Positions 17,742-28,306 of a stretch of DNA of 52,610 nt are shown piece by piece. A program made the position numbers and the translations under genes. Numbering within the stretch: the first letter of the stretch is position 1; every line of letters starts with the position of its first letter. The notes below the pieces were generated by a model. That model saw nothing but the letters and a program-made list of their open reading frames with translations, was not told the origin of the DNA and ran no database searches. Location of the stretch: sequence record SRR20825019_768; one strand, written 5' to 3'.

Positions 17742-18695
17742 ATGGCGACAAGACCTCACCGCCCTATCTGCACCTTATGCCTGAATCCGGCACTGGATGT
17801 GACTTACCACGTCACTAAGCTCATTCCTGATGAGAAATCCCGTGCCGACAGCGCCCGTTATGATCCCGGCGGCAACGGCATTAATATCGGCCGCGCACTG
17901 ACCCGCCTTGAGATTGAATCCCATACTATCTGCGTCATTGCCGGCGCTGTCGGTCGTATTTTCAAAACCCTGCTGGCTGAGCAGTTAAGTCATGTCGTCT
18001 ATGAGGAAGTCACGGGCGAAACCCGGATCAATACCACCATTATTGAGACCGGCAGCCATAATCAATTCCAGATAACCAGCAGCGGCACCGATATACCCGA
18101 ATCAGACATCGGCAGAATAGCCGACGACTTCATCGAAGTCACAGGCAGCGGCTACGGCATTATTACCGGCTCCTGCCAGCCGAATGTATCAATGTCTTTG
18201 TATGCCGATCTGGTTGATCGGATTAATCAACAGGGCGGCCGTGCGGTGGTCGATGTGCATGGAGAAATGCTGAAACGGGCCATTGTCGCCAAACCGTTTA
18301 TGATCAAACCCAACAAATACGAACTGGAAATGATGCTGAATGAGTCGCTTCCTACACCAGAAGCTGTCGCCCATAGCGCCAGACAGATTCAGCAAAGCGG
18401 CGTTAATTACGTCTGTGTCTCTCTGAGTCATGAGGGTGCCCTTCTGGTCACCCCCGAAAACAGCTATTTTGGGAAAGCGCTGGATGTCACTGTCAACACC
18501 ACGGTCGGTGCGGGAGACTCGATGGTCGCCGGTCTGGTGGCCGGTTTCAGTGAGCATGACATACCGGAAAAGATCCTGACACTGGGGCTTGCCTGCGGAG
18601 CCGGCACAGTGATGCACCCGGGTACCGAACTGTTTGATGAAAGTGATATTGAGCGTTTAAGCAAACTCGTGGTTATCAAAAAGCTCGATATTTAA
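17742..18695 (+). CDS. 1-phosphofructokinase family (PfkB) hexose kinase
   Basis: TLCLNPALD, PGGNGIN, GETRIN, IKPNKYEL, TVGAGDSMVAG; start set at ATG 17742 (ORF track starts at 17682). Confidence 0.9.
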   Translation: MATRPHRPICTLCLNPALDVTYHVTKLIPDEKSRADSARYDPGGNGINIGRALTRLEIESHTICVIAGAVGRIFKTLLAEQLSHVVYEEVTGETRINTTIIETGSHNQFQITSSGTDIPESDIGRIADDFIEVTGSGYGIITGSCQPNVSMSLYADLVDRINQQGGRAVVDVHGEMLKRAIVAKPFMIKPNKYELEMMLNESLPTPEAVAHSARQIQQSGVNYVCVSLSHEGALLVTPENSYFGKALDVTVNTTVGAGDSMVAGLVAGFSEHDIPEKILTLGLACGAGTVMHPGTELFDESDIERLSKLVVIKKLDI

Positions 18696-20431
18696 ACCGG
18701 TTCTAATAAATCATCCACCAGAAACTGCACCGTTTTAGTGGCTCTGAACTCATTGACAGCCAGGCGGTAACGAATCATCACTTTTTGACCACGCTCCAGC
18801 CAGTCGGGCTTACCTTGTCTGAAAGCCATCGCAGTGACTTGCCGTTTATCAGCCAGGCTTAAACTCAGGCGTAAATGATCCTGCTCCTGGCCCACCAGTC
18901 GCCAGTCGGCAACTTCAAACAGACCATGGAAGCGAGGCTCTTCGAAGCCCTGTCCCCACGGAGCGGCGTTAGGTAATATCTCGGCCAGATCCAGATTGAT
19001 TTCAGCATGCTCCAGTTCACCATCTGACTGCAGGTGTTGCTGATAAACAGTGGGATCAACCATATCGGTCAGTGCCGCTTCAAAGGCCTTGGCAAAGGCT
19101 TCAAAATCCGTCTGTTTCAAAGTCAAGCCGGCAGCCATCGCGTGGCCGCCGAAACGTTGCAGCATCTGCGGATGACGGCTGGCAATGCGAGCCAGCACAT
19201 CGCGGATATGGACACCGGCAATGGAGCGGGCCGAGCCTTTGATTTCGCCTTCATTACCGGAAGCAAAAGCTATCACCGGCCTATGTAGTTTTTCCTTGAT
19301 TCGCGATGCCAGCAGACCAATAACACCCTGATGCCAGTCTGGATCATAGAGGCAATATCCCGGTGCCTGATCCGCCGTTTCCAGCGACAGTTTATCAAGC
19401 ATCTGCAGCGCATCCTGCTGCATTTGTTGCTCTACGGCGCGCCGTTCCAGGTTAATTTGATCCAGTTGCGCTGCCACCATCAAAGCCTGCTGCCAGTTAT
19501 CGGTCAATAGCAGATTGATACCGAGGCCCATATCTTCCATTCTGCCGGCGGCATTGAGTCTGGGCGCCACGCTGAAAGCCAGGTCCGGGCTGGCCAGTTT
19601 AGCCGCTTCACGTCCTGCGACCTGAGTCAGAGCCAGAATGCCGGCACAGGCTCGGCGTTGTCGCATCCGCTTGAGACCCAGATCCACCAGCGTCCGGTTC
19701 AGTTGGTCCAGTGGCACGACATCAGCGACGGTGCCCAGTGCCACAATATCCAGCCAGTCAGCGACATTGGGTTCTTTAATGCCCTGCTGTTCGAACCAGT
19801 TTTGTTCGCGCAGGACCTGTCTCAAACCTAACAACAGATAAAAGCAGACACCGACACCAGCGAGGTTTTTGGATGGGAAAGTATCGCCGGGCTGATTGGG
19901 GTTAATGATCGCATCGGCATCAGGCAGCGTCTCACCGGCCAGATGATGGTCGGTGACCAGAACTTTGATATCCCGCTCTTTTGCAGCGTTGACGCCGGCA
20001 ATGGCGGCAATGCCGTTATCCACCGTCAATAATAAATCCGGCTGCTGCTGTTGCGGAATTTCATCGAGTAGCTCCGGAGTCAGGCCGTACCCGTGAACAA
20101 AGCGATTGGGGACGATAAAATCGATATGTTGCAGGCCAAAGGCTTTCAGGCCACGGATAGCAAGCGCACAACTGGTGGCACCGTCACTGTCAAAATCAGC
20201 GACCACGGTGACTTTCCATTGCTGCTGCAGAGCTTTCGTCAAAAGCGCCACCGCTTTGTCCATACCCAGCATCTGCTCAGGTCGCGGCAGATTACTGAGT
20301 TCAAAGAAAAGCGTCTCCGCTTCCTTAATGCCTCTGGCAGCAAGCACCCGTCGCAGACAATCCGGCCAGTTGTCAGGCAGCTGTTCCCAACCACTGCTGT
20401 CACGTTGTTTAATCATCATTGCTGTCATCAC
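18692..20431 (-). CDS. recJ: Single-stranded-DNA-specific exonuclease RecJ
   Basis: DFDSDG, PNRF..GYGL, TVDNG, TDHH, GTVADVV, PRLNAAGR, GSARS, GGHAMAAG. Confidence 0.97.
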   Translation of the reverse strand: MMTAMMIKQRDSSGWEQLPDNWPDCLRRVLAARGIKEAETLFFELSNLPRPEQMLGMDKAVALLTKALQQQWKVTVVADFDSDGATSCALAIRGLKAFGLQHIDFIVPNRFVHGYGLTPELLDEIPQQQQPDLLLTVDNGIAAIAGVNAAKERDIKVLVTDHHLAGETLPDADAIINPNQPGDTFPSKNLAGVGVCFYLLLGLRQVLREQNWFEQQGIKEPNVADWLDIVALGTVADVVPLDQLNRTLVDLGLKRMRQRRACAGILALTQVAGREAAKLASPDLAFSVAPRLNAAGRMEDMGLGINLLLTDNWQQALMVAAQLDQINLERRAVEQQMQQDALQMLDKLSLETADQAPGYCLYDPDWHQGVIGLLASRIKEKLHRPVIAFASGNEGEIKGSARSIAGVHIRDVLARIASRHPQMLQRFGGHAMAAGLTLKQTDFEAFAKAFEAALTDMVDPTVYQQHLQSDGELEHAEINLDLAEILPNAAPWGQGFEEPRFHGLFEVADWRLVGQEQDHLRLSLSLADKRQVTAMAFRQGKPDWLERGQKVMIRYRLAVNEFRATKTVQFLVDDLLEPV

Positions 20432-21354
20432 CAGAACCGCCAGCTTGATAAGGGAGTCAGTTTATAATCGCCCCATTCGGGAATAATCAGTTCCAACTCG
20501 CCAAGACGCCAGTATTTCAATGCCCGCATCGCCGGTAACAGCCAGTTTTGGACGAGCGCCTGCCATTGTTGATCCCAGTCACTATCTGGGTCAAAGGCGA
20601 GCACATGCACTGCCTGTCTGGTGCTAATCTGTTCGAACTCAGAGATACCGCTTTGGTAATCTGATCCGGTTTCAACAGCCAGTGCTTTCAACAGCGACGC
20701 GTCACCTGAAACGTGCGGCCAGGCTTGCCATGCTGGCATTCCTTCTTTGCCCCAGAACCACAGACTATTGATTGGAACTTTGCCGGCAGCTTCCCTGGCC
20801 TGGTTTGCAGGACAATCAAATAACAGCATCTGAATTTCATTCCATAGTCGAATCCAGTCTTCTGCCCCCTCACCACTGGGCAGATGATCAGTGACTGGTC
20901 GTCCATGCAGTCCCTCTTTGGCAGTCAAATCTGTCAGCGGTAATTCATTGCACTCGAGGAGCCAGTTGTCAGCCGCTAGCACCGTCAAACGGGCATTGAA
21001 ATCATCGAATAGTGGCTGAATGCGGCTGGCCAAAGCTTCAGCCTCCTGCATACTCAAATCCAGATCGCGGTAAAACAGCAACAGTTGATCCCGATCAGGG
21101 TGCAGATAACAGGGATCGGCACAAAGACTGTTTTGAGTGCCGCCTCGCAATCGAGCGATGGGTAGATCTGTGCCTTTAAGCTTTTGCTCAGCAAATAGGG
21201 ATAATAGTCGCCGGTAATAAGGGCTATTATCAGCGTGGAATCGGGCTTTGTTAAGACAACGGTTTACGGCATCAGGCACCAGGCCGCGATTAAGTTCGTT
21301 AGCAAAGAAAATAGCGTAGTCAGGCAGTACCAGGCTCAGACGGGCCTTAGCCAT
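20428..21354 (-). CDS. Conserved hypothetical protein with a partial phosphoglycerate-mutase (ApgM)-like domain
   Basis: ADP..L and NEIQMLL...NQARE..G..PINSLWFWG motifs; ATGA overlap with recJ; start set at ATG 21354. Confidence 0.7.
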   Translation of the reverse strand: MAKARLSLVLPDYAIFFANELNRGLVPDAVNRCLNKARFHADNSPYYRRLLSLFAEQKLKGTDLPIARLRGGTQNSLCADPCYLHPDRDQLLLFYRDLDLSMQEAEALASRIQPLFDDFNARLTVLAADNWLLECNELPLTDLTAKEGLHGRPVTDHLPSGEGAEDWIRLWNEIQMLLFDCPANQAREAAGKVPINSLWFWGKEGMPAWQAWPHVSGDASLLKALAVETGSDYQSGISEFEQISTRQAVHVLAFDPDSDWDQQWQALVQNWLLPAMRALKYWRLGELELIIPEWGDYKLTPLSSWRFW

Positions 21355-22051
21355 CGTTGAGCACCTGCCTGACAAAGGGTATTGTCAATTTCCGTTTCGC
21401 CTGCAAGGACGCTTTATCAAGCCTTTGCAATACAGTCATCAGTGCCGGCATATCACGGCCATAATGGCGCAATAGGTACTGGGCCACATCCTCCGTCATA
21501 GTCAGTCCACGGATTTGTGACTGCAGTATCAAAGCCTGCTGTTTCTGCTCATCGTTCATCGTGGTCAATTGGTAGACCAGTCCGGTGGCCAGTCGTGAAC
21601 GCAAATCAGGCAGTTCGATGTCAATATTGGCCGGATTGTGCTCGGTCGCTACCAGCAAGTGCCCGCGGGCATCATGCAGCCGGTTGAAACAGTGGAAAAG
21701 CGCCACTTCCCATTCGCGTTTGCCGGCTATCGCTTCCAGATCGTCAAGACAAACTAAATCGGCCTGCTCCAGTGACTCCAGCACGGCAGGCTGGGCGGTT
21801 TGAATCAACTCGGCCAGGGACAGATAAATAACGCGATAGCCCTGCTGCTGAACACGTTCAGCACAGGCAATCAATAAATGGGTCTTGCCAGTGCCGCCTT
21901 CGCCGTAGAGATAGAGAAAATCGAGGCTGTCGAGTTCACAGAAAGCCTGTAATGCCTGCTCAGTCTCAGGTTTGGCAAACAGGAAGTTATCCAGCCGATA
22001 AATTTCCTGTGGTGTCAGGCGCAGGGTTAACTGGGTTTGGGCAACAGTCAT
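21347..22051 (-). CDS. hda: DnaA regulatory inactivator Hda
   Basis: N-terminal clamp-binding QLTL, G.GGTGKTHL, CLDD, WE.ALFH.FNR, LPDLRSRL, RKLTIPFV. Confidence 0.95.
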   Translation of the reverse strand: MTVAQTQLTLRLTPQEIYRLDNFLFAKPETEQALQAFCELDSLDFLYLYGEGGTGKTHLLIACAERVQQQGYRVIYLSLAELIQTAQPAVLESLEQADLVCLDDLEAIAGKREWEVALFHCFNRLHDARGHLLVATEHNPANIDIELPDLRSRLATGLVYQLTTMNDEQKQQALILQSQIRGLTMTEDVAQYLLRHYGRDMPALMTVLQRLDKASLQAKRKLTIPFVRQVLNDG

Positions 22052-22065
22052 GATAATGAATTAAC

Positions 22066-23112
22066 TCAGGAATAAAGATGGCTGCTGACATAGCGCTGAT
22101 GTGCATGCCGCAACAGCACCATGACGACTGCCGCCACGGGCAATGCCAGTAATACGCCGGTGAAGCCGAACAACTTGCCGCCAGCCAGCACCGCAAAGAT
22201 AACCGCCACCGGATGCAGACCAATACGTTCGCCGACAAAGTGCGGCGTCAGCAACATGCCCTCTATCGATTGCGCGACAGTAAATACAATCACGACATAG
22301 AACACCGGCAACCATTCACCGAACTGAAAAAAGGCGGCCAGGCCGGCCAGTACGATACCGACAATCAGCCCCAGGTATGGCACAAAACTGACCAGACCGG
22401 CAATCACACCGAGTAACAGCGCCAGTTCCAGTCCGATAAGACTCAGGCCGATTGTGTAAATGACTGACAGTGACAGCATCACCATCAACTGACCGCGGAT
22501 AAAGCCGGCCAGCATATCGTCGCATTCCAGCGACATCTCGATGAATTTACCGGAGATCCGGCGAGGTAACAGTTCTCTGAAGCGCGCTACCAGTAAATCC
22601 CAGTCGCGCAGAAGATAAAAAGTCAGAACCGGAATCAAGACCAGATTACCAACCCATTGCAGCAATGCCATGCCTGACTGGGTAACATAACTGAACACAC
22701 CGCCGGCAACATTGCCCATTTCAGACCAGTAATTATTCAGCGCCTGTTTCAGCGTTTGCAGGTTGAAAACATCACTGGGCAGGCCGGCACTGGTCAGAAT
22801 CGGCTCCAATGCTTTTTGTGCCACAGTCAGGTAGCCAGGCAGGTTGGTAAACAATTTAGTCACCTGACCGCTCAGCATCGGTAACAAAACCAGCAGCAGG
22901 ATGATCATCGCTATAAACAGCACGGCAAAGACCACGGTCACGGCCACAGTCCGCGACAGCTTCCAGTTCTCCAGTCTGTCTACCAGCGGATCACCGAGAT
23001 AAGCCAACAATGCCGCAATAAAAAATGGCATCAGTACCGGAGACAGTTGGAACAGTAACCAGCCCCCGGCAATCAGACTGACCAGGACTATCAGTTTATT
23101 GGTATCACTCAT
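22066..23112 (-). CDS. AI-2E family (PerM-like) transporter
   Basis: AYLGDPLVD, FYLLRDW, FIRGQ, FVPYLG, GLHPV; start set at ATG 23112 (ATGA overlap with the upstream gene). Confidence 0.92.
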   Translation of the reverse strand: MSDTNKLIVLVSLIAGGWLLFQLSPVLMPFFIAALLAYLGDPLVDRLENWKLSRTVAVTVVFAVLFIAMIILLLVLLPMLSGQVTKLFTNLPGYLTVAQKALEPILTSAGLPSDVFNLQTLKQALNNYWSEMGNVAGGVFSYVTQSGMALLQWVGNLVLIPVLTFYLLRDWDLLVARFRELLPRRISGKFIEMSLECDDMLAGFIRGQLMVMLSLSVIYTIGLSLIGLELALLLGVIAGLVSFVPYLGLIVGIVLAGLAAFFQFGEWLPVFYVVIVFTVAQSIEGMLLTPHFVGERIGLHPVAVIFAVLAGGKLFGFTGVLLALPVAAVVMVLLRHAHQRYVSSHLYS

Positions 23113-23666
23113 CGTTTTTGTTTGATCTGCCGCCATGCTCTCGCTCCCCATACCAGAACATATTCCGTGCCGCTATTGATGACACTGGCTACAACCAGCC
23201 AGATGCCAATCGTCACTACCTTGTCCAGTCCCGGCAGCCACTGTTGCTGAACCATCACCAGCAATACCAGTGCAATCTGCAGGGTGGTGTTGATTTTACT
23301 GCTCCATAACGGGCTCAGATCAAACTGGCCGACGTAATAATGATAAGCGAGCCCCCCGCCGATAATGATGACATCGCGTGCCAGCACCAGCCATAACAAC
23401 CACAGTGGCAGCAGGCCCAGCCAGGTTAAGCTGGCAAATGTCGCAACCAGCAATAGCTTGTCAGCAATCGGATCAAGAATTGAACCCAGCCGCGATTCCC
23501 AGTGGAAGTGCTTGGCCAGAAAACCATCCAGCCCGTCGGAAATACCGGCGATGGCAAACAGCAGTAATGCCAGCTCGAACTGTTCCGTTGCCAGCGCCCA
23601 TACCACCGGCACAACCAGCAGGATCCGAAGCATGGAAATCAGATTGGGGATATCTCTCAAACTCAA
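23109..23666 (-). CDS. CDP-alcohol phosphatidyltransferase family protein
   Basis: IPNLIS.LR and SDGLDGFLAK....S.LGS.LDP.ADK signature. Confidence 0.92.
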   Translation of the reverse strand: MSLRDIPNLISMLRILLVVPVVWALATEQFELALLLFAIAGISDGLDGFLAKHFHWESRLGSILDPIADKLLLVATFASLTWLGLLPLWLLWLVLARDVIIIGGGLAYHYYVGQFDLSPLWSSKINTTLQIALVLLVMVQQQWLPGLDKVVTIGIWLVVASVINSGTEYVLVWGARAWRQIKQKR

Positions 23667-24718
23667 GGTATTAACCGATATTGTTTGGCGTTGCTGCTTT
23701 CAGCTTGCGGTTCTTCAACCAGTAAACTGCCAACTGCGAAAGTACTTTGCAACACATCCAGACTGCCACGAAAAGCAATATCCAGATCCAGTTGTTGCTC
23801 TCCCAAGTTGATGACACGAATATCGCTGATGAGTTCGAGTTTTTCCAGATAAGCCATCAAGCGGCTGAAATCGGCATAATTAATCACATCCATGATTTGC
23901 ATAGTCAGTCGCTGAACTTCAGCGCCATCATCGACCAACTGACCATACTGCAGGGCCAGTTTGTCCGCCAGGTGCCCTATGCCTTCGACAAAAGCATCCT
24001 GCATTGTTCCCTGCGACTGCCAGGACGTATTGATGCCCGCCCCACTCGCACGCCACTGAACCTGCATTTGGTCATCATTCAATTGCATCACGGAGGTCAT
24101 CACGATATCAGCACCATAGCGCTCAGAAGCAGCCTCTATCGCTGCCTCATTGCCATCGCGAATATCGGCGACTGATAAAGCGGCCTGGTCCTGCAAATCC
24201 ATCAATGGCATCAGGATAGGCAGACCACGCTGATCAGCGGCCTGATTTAATGGTCTGAAAATGCCCATCGATGCGTTTTCCAGCCCAAGAATACTGGTTT
24301 CACCCTGATTCTCTACGACCGCCCAGATTAAGATATCAGGTCGGTTACTGCCCCAGATGGGTAATTGAAGTTCATTAACAGCACGGTTAACCGCTGCCGG
24401 GTTAAACCGCAGAGACAGGGAAAGTTCATCAGGCTGAGTTAAATCCGCGCCGATGATGTTGGTGCGGCGATATTCGTATTGCTGCATGAACTGCTCAGCC
24501 TCGGACAGTACCGGTGCCAGTGGCGCTGTTTCCAGCAGGGCTTTGTTACCAACGACTTTGAGCATTACCTGCTGTAACAGTTGTGGCATCAGCTTTGCCC
24601 TTTCCTGCTCGTCGCGCGAGTCGACCGGTGCGGAGGCCTGGTAAAGATTATCGACCTCGGCAGCATGGCTGCTAAAGGTTAAACTGAGCAAAATTAGGGC
24701 AATAAATAATCGATGCAT
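23663..24718 (-). CDS. DUF2066 family exported protein
   Basis: Signal peptide, NLYQA..PV, PIWG.NRP.IL.W, RGLP...PLMDL.D; usual position divergent from purM. Confidence 0.85.
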   Translation of the reverse strand: MHRLFIALILLSLTFSSHAAEVDNLYQASAPVDSRDEQERAKLMPQLLQQVMLKVVGNKALLETAPLAPVLSEAEQFMQQYEYRRTNIIGADLTQPDELSLSLRFNPAAVNRAVNELQLPIWGSNRPDILIWAVVENQGETSILGLENASMGIFRPLNQAADQRGLPILMPLMDLQDQAALSVADIRDGNEAAIEAASERYGADIVMTSVMQLNDDQMQVQWRASGAGINTSWQSQGTMQDAFVEGIGHLADKLALQYGQLVDDGAEVQRLTMQIMDVINYADFSRLMAYLEKLELISDIRVINLGEQQLDLDIAFRGSLDVLQSTFAVGSLLVEEPQAESSNAKQYRLIP

Positions 24719-24825
24719 TGTGGTATTCTAACACGCTGTTTTCAACGTGTGACGACCTACAGGCCGGTCTGTCGGGATCGACTTGTTAAGCGTCTGCAAC
24801 CAGTATAAATTTTCAGGAACAAACC

Positions 24826-25881
24826 ATGACCGATCGCGCGGATTCCTCTCGCACTTCTCTCAGTTATCGTGATGCCGGTGTTGATATCGAAGCCGGTAAT
24901 GCACTGGTGGATCGCATTAAACCCCATGCGGCGAAAACCCGTCGCCCCGGCGTGATGGCCGGCCTGGGTGGTTTCGGCAGCCTGTTTGAACTGCCATTGG
25001 ATCGCTACAAGCAGCCGGTTCTGGTGTCCGGCACCGATGGCGTAGGCACCAAACTGCGTCTGGCCATCGAATCCGGTATTCACAACACCATCGGCATCGA
25101 TCTGGTGGCCATGTGTGCGAATGATATCGCAGTCCTGGGCGCTGAGCCCCTGTTCTTCCTCGACTACTACGCCACTGGCAAACTGGATGTCGATGTTGCC
25201 GAATCCGTGGTCTCCGGTATTGCTGAAGGCTGCCTGCAGGCAGGTGCTGCGCTGGTCGGTGGTGAAACCGCGGAAATGCCCAGCATGTATGAAGACGGCG
25301 ATTACGACCTGGCCGGTTTCTGTGTTGGCGTCGTCGAAAAAGACGGGGTTATCGATGGTAGTAAAGTCGCTGCCGGTGACAAGCTGATCGGGCTTGCCGC
25401 TTCAGGTCCGCACTCCAACGGCTATTCCCTGATCCGTAAAATTCTGGCGCGTAGCGGTCAGTCAATGAATGATGATTTCGATGGCAGCACACTGGGTGAA
25501 AAACTGCTGGCTCCCACCCGGATTTACGTGAAGTCTCTACTTGAACTGAATAACAAAATCAGTATCCATGCTTTGTCGCACATCACCGGCGGTGGCCTGC
25601 TGGAAAACATTCCGCGGGTATTGCCTGATGATAAGAAAGCGGTCATCAGTGCTGACAGCTGGCAGCGCCCTGCTGTCTTTGACTGGCTGCAGGAACAGGG
25701 CAATGTTGAAGACAAAGAAATGTACCGTACCTTCAATAACGGTATTGGTATGGTTGTCATCGTCTCAGCTGAAGAGGCAGACACCGCGCTTAGTCTGCTG
25801 CATGGTCTGGGTGAAGAAGCCAGCCTGATTGGCCAGATTGAAAACCGCGCTGCTGACGAAGATAGTGTGGTAATCAACTGA
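24826..25881 (+). CDS. purM: Phosphoribosylformylglycinamidine cyclo-ligase
   Basis: [42 protein letters not shown]. Confidence 0.98.
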   Translation: MTDRADSSRTSLSYRDAGVDIEAGNALVDRIKPHAAKTRRPGVMAGLGGFGSLFELPLDRYKQPVLVSGTDGVGTKLRLAIESGIHNTIGIDLVAMCANDIAVLGAEPLFFLDYYATGKLDVDVAESVVSGIAEGCLQAGAALVGGETAEMPSMYEDGDYDLAGFCVGVVEKDGVIDGSKVAAGDKLIGLAASGPHSNGYSLIRKILARSGQSMNDDFDGSTLGEKLLAPTRIYVKSLLELNNKISIHALSHITGGGLLENIPRVLPDDKKAVISADSWQRPAVFDWLQEQGNVEDKEMYRTFNNGIGMVVIVSAEEADTALSLLHGLGEEASLIGQIENRAADEDSVVIN

Positions 25882-25882
25882 G

Positions 25883-26476
25883 ATGACAGAACCCCGTTCC
25901 AACGCCCGGCTGGTGATTCTGATTTCCGGCCGCGGCAGTAATATGCGCTCAATCGTTGAAGCGGCGAACAAGGACGAACTCAATGTTGATATTGCCGCCG
26001 TCATCAGTAATCGCCCCGATGCTGCCGGTCTTGAATTCGCCCAGCAGGCCGGTATCACCACCGAGGTCATTGATCACAAGCAATTCGACAGCCGTGAAAG
26101 CTTTGATAAAGCGATGGCCGAGGCCATTGATAGCTATCGACCGGACTTCGTTATTCTGGCGGGATTTATGCGGATTCTGACCGCAGACTTCGTTAGTCAT
26201 TACGAAGGCAGACTCATCAACATCCATCCTTCGCTGCTGCCCAAATTCAAGGGCCTGCACACCCACGAGCGGGCGATTGAATCGGGCGAGACCGAGCATG
26301 GTGCCAGTGTGCATTTTGTCACAGCAGAGCTGGATGATGGTCCGGTAATATTACAAGCCCGCGTACCGGTATTGCCTGATGATGATGCCGATACCCTGGC
26401 TGCCAGAGTGCTGGAGCAGGAACATCTGCTTTATCCGGCTGCCATAAAGAAGCTGGTGTCGCAACAAACGGAATAA
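25883..26476 (+). CDS. purN: Phosphoribosylglycinamide formyltransferase
   Basis: ISGRGSN, LAGFMRIL, NIHPSLLP, LDDGP, EH.LYP. Confidence 0.98.
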   Translation: MTEPRSNARLVILISGRGSNMRSIVEAANKDELNVDIAAVISNRPDAAGLEFAQQAGITTEVIDHKQFDSRESFDKAMAEAIDSYRPDFVILAGFMRILTADFVSHYEGRLINIHPSLLPKFKGLHTHERAIESGETEHGASVHFVTAELDDGPVILQARVPVLPDDDADTLAARVLEQEHLLYPAAIKKLVSQQTE

Positions 26477-26478
26477 AT

Positions 26479-27237
26479 ATGCTCAGACTGTTCAGTTATA
26501 TCCTGCTTTTTTGCCTTAGCAAGCCGGCATTGGCCGCTGATATTCCTGACTTTTCCGCCAATTACCTGGTCAAGCTCAATGGCATACAGGCAGGTGAACT
26601 TAAACGTACACTGACGACGCAGGACAACGGTCTGCGTAAATTCAACTCAGTCTCCCAGGCCAAAGGGGTCTTTTCTTTCTTTAAACCTGATGTCATCGAG
26701 GAAACCAGCGTCTGGAAGCTGGTCGATGGCCGTGTCACGCCACAGCGTTACCGTTATCAGCGAACCGGCGGCAAGAAAGATAAATTTCTACAGATGCAGT
26801 TCAACTGGCGGCAGAAACAAGTCAGTATTGACGACCGCGAGCACCCATGGGAACTGGACATTGAGACCGGCGTGTTGGATAAACTGGTGTATCAGATCAG
26901 CCTGATGCGGGATCTGAGCAATGGCGTCAAACAGATTGACTATCTCATCGCCGATGGCGGTCGTCTCAAAACGTATGAGATTAAAGTCCTGGCCAGGGAG
27001 ACCATCACTACGCCGATGGGTCAGATAGAAACCATTAAACTCACCCGTCACCGCGAAAAACCCAATGACCGTGAAACCACACTTTGGTGCGCACCGGCAC
27101 TGGGTTATCTGCCGGTCAAACTAGAACATGTCGAAGATGAAGCCGTGTTTACTGCCGTACTTCGACGTCTTCAGGGTATTGACAGCGAACAGGCTTTCAC
27201 GCCCTTACAATCGGCCCAAACGATAGAGCAACCATGA
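26479..27237 (+). CDS. DUF3108 family exported protein
   Basis: Signal peptide, beta-rich body, E.I.TP.G...T and T.LW.AP.L.YLPV motifs; usual position after purN. Confidence 0.82.
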   Translation: MLRLFSYILLFCLSKPALAADIPDFSANYLVKLNGIQAGELKRTLTTQDNGLRKFNSVSQAKGVFSFFKPDVIEETSVWKLVDGRVTPQRYRYQRTGGKKDKFLQMQFNWRQKQVSIDDREHPWELDIETGVLDKLVYQISLMRDLSNGVKQIDYLIADGGRLKTYEIKVLARETITTPMGQIETIKLTRHREKPNDRETTLWCAPALGYLPVKLEHVEDEAVFTAVLRRLQGIDSEQAFTPLQSAQTIEQP

Positions 27238-27839
27238 GTGAAAAACGTTTCCGGATTCTGAAAGAGGAAATGCCTTTCAAAGGCTTTTTCAACATCAAGA
27301 AATACACCCTTGAGCATACGCTCTACAATGGCGGCTGGAGCAGCCAGATTGATCGTGAAGTTTTCCATCGCGGTAACTGTGTCGCCGTATTGCTTTACGA
27401 TCCCAATCGGGATGAAGTGATCATCATCGAACAGTTCCGCGCCGGGGCTATACTCAAATCCAATCAGGAAGAAGCCTGGCTGCTGGAAATTGTTGCCGGC
27501 GCGATGGAGGCTGGTGAAACTGCTGAAGCTGTGGCGCGCCGTGAAGCGATGGAAGAAGCCGGTTGTGAAGTGCAGGAAATGATAAAAATCCGCGAATTTT
27601 TCACCTCCCCTGGCGGCACTTCAGAATACCTGACCCTGTTCTGTGGCCGGGTGGATGCCAGTGAGATCGGTGGCATTCATGGACTCGATCACGAAGATGA
27701 GGATATCGCTGTCAGTAGTCTGCCCTTTGATGAAGTCTGGCAATTGCTGGAAAACGGCCGCATTGAATCGGCGATCCCCATCATTGCTATTCAATGGCTG
27801 GCGCTTAACCGTACTGAGCTGCGTCAGCGCTGGAACTGA
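27234..27839 (+). CDS. nudF: ADP-ribose pyrophosphatase (Nudix)
   Basis: AVLLYDP, EQFR, Nudix box AG.ME.GE.AE.VARREAMEEAG, SPGG, HGL..E.EDI. Confidence 0.92.
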   Translation: MSEKRFRILKEEMPFKGFFNIKKYTLEHTLYNGGWSSQIDREVFHRGNCVAVLLYDPNRDEVIIIEQFRAGAILKSNQEEAWLLEIVAGAMEAGETAEAVARREAMEEAGCEVQEMIKIREFFTSPGGTSEYLTLFCGRVDASEIGGIHGLDHEDEDIAVSSLPFDEVWQLLENGRIESAIPIIAIQWLALNRTELRQRWN

Positions 27840-27843
27840 CACA

Positions 27844-28284
27844 TCAATCAAACTGCAGTGGCGGTTGCCCTGCGCGTCTTCTGAGCCATGCCACCGCTCG
27901 GTGAACCGAAGGTCGCTGAATCAGCCAGCGCTCGAAGGTGTACTTACCGGGGAAGTTCAGCAGTAACACACCGATCAGCAAAGTCAGCAAGCCCTGCCCC
28001 GGCAGCACGAGCATCGCCAGTCCCAACAGGACAAAGACGAGGCCAAAAATATTTTTAACGATGAGTACAGCCCAACGGATCACGATGTGCTGCTCGGCCC
28101 AGGGGGAAGTCTGGCGTTTGCTCTCGGCGAAGTAATCAACCGGAATTCTGACCACCAGAAACGGGATCAGAAACAGGGAAGCGACAAAAAAGACCAGAGA
28201 ACCCAGTCCCAGCATGAGTAATAGGGTTTCGTTTGCCCAGAGACTATCGAACAGATTCTCAAATACGGTTATCAATGACTGCAT
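27844..28284 (-). CDS. PGPGW-like small membrane protein
   Basis: 3 TM segments with MLVLPGQGLL and FPGK motifs. Confidence 0.75.
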   Translation of the reverse strand: MQSLITVFENLFDSLWANETLLLMLGLGSLVFFVASLFLIPFLVVRIPVDYFAESKRQTSPWAEQHIVIRWAVLIVKNIFGLVFVLLGLAMLVLPGQGLLTLLIGVLLLNFPGKYTFERWLIQRPSVHRAVAWLRRRAGQPPLQFD

Positions 28285-28306
28285 AGGCTGTTTTAAGCCT
28301 TATTAA

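Noticed and set aside
17742-18695. PfkB kinase (with the mutarotase at 28307-29212) as evidence of a RuMP methylotrophy pathway
   Set aside because: Both families are widespread, and no methanol dehydrogenase or hexulose-phosphate synthase gene is in the window
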